This document shows, piece after piece, positions 61,256-64,000 of a stretch of DNA of 64,000 nt. The notes below the pieces were generated by a model. That model did not search any database. It saw only the letters and a list, made by a program, of their open reading frames with translations, and was not told where the DNA came from. The number at the start of each line of letters is the position of its first letter. Positions within the stretch are counted from its first letter, which is position 1. The position numbers and the translations under genes were made by a program. Where the stretch lies: contig CAXXYE010000004.1 of the NCBI GenBank assembly GCA_963674865.2, positions 416,001 through 480,000 of the forward strand. Direction: 5' to 3'. This DNA is from Candidatus Hydrogenedentota bacterium (GTDB lineage Bacteria > Hydrogenedentota > Hydrogenedentia > Hydrogenedentales > SLHB01).

Positions 61256-62437
61256 CTAGGTTATCCAACCTTCTTGACGGAGGCGCTTATCGCCATCAGC
61301 GATCAGCCCGCCGAGGGGTGAGTCGTCCGGGATGCGGCAAATCGACTTCAGAACCCCCTCGAGGCCGTGGCGCCGCCTGACTTGCTGCAGCTTCGCGGCG
61401 GCTGCATCGCCTGGGTGATCGTACCGAATTGCAGCCGCCGCTGCAAACGCCACCCGGTGCGGCTCGATGTCCTGCTCAAGGCACATCAGGCCGGCGCCAA
61501 TCAGGCGGTCCTTGGGCCCGAGCTTGCGGACAGGGTCTTTGCAGATGCGCGCGACCTGGTCGCCCAGGGCCTTGTTTCCAAAGCGGCGGATTAGGTCGGC
61601 CCAGTGGTCCTTGAGAGCGGCCGTGTCGAGGCCGTGTTTCGCGGTCAATCCCTTGCTGGTCTCGGCAATGGCTGCGTCCGCTTCGGCTCGGATACGCGGG
61701 TCGTTGATGGCTTGCCAGATATACTCGTGCCCGCACAGGTAGCCCAAGTAGCCTGTGACAGCGTGTCCGGCGTTGTGAACAAAGAGCTTACGCTCGACAT
61801 AACCGGCGAAGTCTGGGTAGGGCCGCATGTTCTTCAACTCGGGGAGAGGGCCCTTGAAGGCGTCCGCATCGACGGGTAATTCGCAGTAGGCCTCCACACA
61901 AACAAGCAGCGGGTCCTCGGCCTTGTCCTTGGCCGACATGACGGGAACCATCCGCCCGATGCTGGCCTCGACGAAACCTACCTGGTTGTCGAGTGCCCTA
62001 TGATATGTCGCATCCAGGTGTTTGCGAACCTCCTCCCGCAGGAATGGCCCCGCGTTGATCATGTTCTCGCACACGATGATGTTGAGCGGCAAGGGCTTAG
62101 AACGTGAAAACCGCTTTGTCAGGCCCGCGGCAATGAGCGGGGCTATCTTGGGCAGGATGTTCACTCCCACAGCCGTAGCGGCAAGCTCGGCCTCGGCGAG
62201 GGCGGAGGCCACGGCCGGGATGTCCGATGCCTTAACGGCGGAGACATTGCCAATAGTCAACATCTCCGGTTCTTCATCGACGATCCGGAGGGGATAAGCG
62301 TGGCGCTCGTTGAGGCCGGCGACCACATCATCCACCACCTCTGCAAAGGTGGTGTGATATCCGGACTCGAAGAAGAGCTGGCCAAGGAAGCCGCGGCCGA
62401 TGTTGCCGGCTCCGAACTGTAAGGCTTTCTTAAACAC
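61256..62437 (-). CDS. mtlD: Mannitol-1-phosphate 5-dehydrogenase-like protein
   Basis: QFGAGNIGRGF, TAVG, CEN, ERKLFVHNAGH, D.V.R...P.RKL...DRL; GTG start at 62437. Confidence 0.88.
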   Translation of the reverse strand: MFKKALQFGAGNIGRGFLGQLFFESGYHTTFAEVVDDVVAGLNERHAYPLRIVDEEPEMLTIGNVSAVKASDIPAVASALAEAELAATAVGVNILPKIAPLIAAGLTKRFSRSKPLPLNIIVCENMINAGPFLREEVRKHLDATYHRALDNQVGFVEASIGRMVPVMSAKDKAEDPLLVCVEAYCELPVDADAFKGPLPELKNMRPYPDFAGYVERKLFVHNAGHAVTGYLGYLCGHEYIWQAINDPRIRAEADAAIAETSKGLTAKHGLDTAALKDHWADLIRRFGNKALGDQVARICKDPVRKLGPKDRLIGAGLMCLEQDIEPHRVAFAAAAAIRYDHPGDAAAAKLQQVRRRHGLEGVLKSICRIPDDSPLGGLIADGDKRLRQEGWIT

Positions 62438-62598
62438 GCAATACTCCCGTTCGCTGTCGTTTATGACTGGGAACGGCCCATTATAGGGTGTTTCCGACTT
62501 ATTGTTGAAGTGAAAAAGACGCCCACGCAACTGAACCGGTTGCGGGTATTGCCGAGGCTGCACTACAATACAAAGCGGGTTGAGCGGAAAGGGCTTCA

Positions 62599-64000
62599 AT
62601 GGGTGGCAAATCGTCAATAGCCCCGGTGCGCCTCCTCCCGGAGGACGTTGCGAACAAGATCGCGGCGGGGGAGGTGGTCGAGCGCCCGGCCTCCGTCGTG
62701 AAGGAGCTCGTGGAGAACGCCCTAGATGCCCACGCCACGCGGATTGTCGTTCGTATCGTGGCCGCTGGACGCAGGGCCATCGAGGTGGTCGACAACGGGC
62801 ACGGCATGTCCGAACAGAACGCACTCTTGGCCATCGAGCGGCACGCAACAAGCAAGATCCGCAAGGCGGCTGACCTGGAAAACATTGCCACCCTTGGCTT
62901 TCGCGGGGAGGCGCTCCCCAGCATTGCGTCGGTATCACGCCTGGAGCTGGTGACGCGTCGTGCACAGGACGAATCAGGCACGCGAATCAGAATTGACGGC
63001 GGGGTCTTGCGTGACGTGGCTACCGTCGGCGTCCCGCCGGGCACACGCGTCACTGCCAACCGCCTCTATTTCAATACTCCCGTCCGGGCCAAGTTCCTGA
63101 AGGGCATCACGACGGAGTTGAGCCAGGCCATCGACGTGGTGCAGCGGCACGCCTTGGCGGAGGAGGGAGTGGGATTCCAACTACTCCACAATGAAAAAGT
63201 CCTGCTGGACATCCCGGAAAATGCCGGCCTGCGCGAGCGCGTGGCGCTCATCTGGGGCCTGAATTTCGTCAATGACATGGTTGAAGTCGAGGGTGAGCAA
63301 GCGGGGCTCCATATCCGGGGCCTCATTGGAACTCCGGCGCTGACGCGGGCGCAGCGGTCGTACCAGTTCTTTTTCCTGAACAAGCGCCCCGTGGTCAATC
63401 GATCATTGCAGTACGGCCTTCAAGACGGCTACAGGGGGCTCCTAACCATAGGCCGGTGCCCCGTGGCGGTACTGCTCCTGGAAATGCATCCACGGCTCGT
63501 GGATGTGAACATCCATCCCACGAAGCGGGAGATCCGGTTTCGGGACGAGCGGGCCGCGCACGACGCAGTCAGAGACCTTGTCCGCGATCGCTTGGCGCAA
63601 CTGACTGCTTCAGAGCGGCCGGAAGCCATCTTGGCCACTTCCGCGCCGCGAGCGTCCGTGCAGACGAAGGCTCAAGGCCCGCGCGAGGAAATGGACAGCT
63701 CACTCCCTGCCAAGCAGGCCCCTCTTCCGCAGCCTAGGGAAGCCCAGCCGGCCGAAGACGGTGGGAAGCCTGTCGGCCCGCCACCTGAGGTACAAACCGA
63801 CTTCATCGGCCCCGTCATGGAGGGGGATGCGGGGCAGGTTGAGCCATCCGCCGTTTTCGAATCGGTGCGTGGCATGGTGGCCGCGCCGATGCAGTTGTTC
63901 GATACCTACCTTCTGGTTCCCGAGGACGACCGCCTCTTGATCATTGACCAGCACGCCCTGCATGAGCGGCTGACGTACGACAGTCTCCGGGGCGACCTGG
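62599..64000 (+). CDS. mutL: DNA mismatch repair protein MutL (3'-truncated by the window edge)
   Basis: Read from the sequence (absent from the ORF track): NKIAAGEVVERPASVVKELVEN, DNGHG, TSKI, LGFRGEAL, DVNIHPTK, DQHALHER. Confidence 0.96.
   Translation, partial: MGGKSSIAPVRLLPEDVANKIAAGEVVERPASVVKELVENALDAHATRIVVRIVAAGRRAIEVVDNGHGMSEQNALLAIERHATSKIRKAADLENIATLGFRGEALPSIASVSRLELVTRRAQDESGTRIRIDGGVLRDVATVGVPPGTRVTANRLYFNTPVRAKFLKGITTELSQAIDVVQRHALAEEGVGFQLLHNEKVLLDIPENAGLRERVALIWGLNFVNDMVEVEGEQAGLHIRGLIGTPALTRAQRSYQFFFLNKRPVVNRSLQYGLQDGYRGLLTIGRCPVAVLLLEMHPRLVDVNIHPTKREIRFRDERAAHDAVRDLVRDRLAQLTASERPEAILATSAPRASVQTKAQGPREEMDSSLPAKQAPLPQPREAQPAEDGGKPVGPPPEVQTDFIGPVMEGDAGQVEPSAVFESVRGMVAAPMQLFDTYLLVPEDDRLLIIDQHALHERLTYDSLRGDL

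Noticed and set aside
62438..62965. N-terminal extension of the 569-aa ORF (likewise the long 5' extensions of ORFs 46506..47498, 54809..56155 and 55444..56304)
   Set aside because: The extensions overlap real genes on the other strand or frame; true starts with SD sequences lie downstream
1..64000. Numerous antisense and alternative-frame ORFs; CRISPR arrays, rRNA, tRNA and IS elements
   Set aside because: Shadow ORFs are expected at high GC; no spaced direct-repeat array, cloverleaf, rRNA signature or transposase was seen by eye

Overview
GC-rich bacterial chromosomal segment. The gene content loosely suggests a PVC/Candidatus Hydrogenedentota-like organism, but this is an unverified impression. 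It starts with flaG and four tandem minimal flagellin genes downstream of a clear sigma-28 promoter. It carries housekeeping genes (cysS, ftsY, sppA, tadA, parAB, serS, cobB, arfB-like, E2/lpdA, mtlD, partial mutL), carbohydrate and sulfatase genes, three ECF sigma factors (two fused to long membrane-anchored extensions) and a group-2-like sigma-70. Most notable observations: (1) a tightly linked two-gene unit, a stand-alone class III nucleotide cyclase followed by an ADP-ribosyltransferase-fold/HEAT-repeat protein, which is a candidate undescribed signalling, toxin or defence module; (2) the four flagellins show all four combinations of two N-terminal and two central sequence types; (3) a dispersed sigma-28 regulon, with CsrA-type GGA hairpins before each flagellin and a distant DUF5610-like gene; (4) a lone OLD-type ATPase-TOPRIM gene; (5) periodic REP-like palindromes bracketing a sulfatase. 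No rRNA, tRNA, CRISPR array or intact transposase was recognised. All family assignments come from motif recognition by eye, not from database searches.
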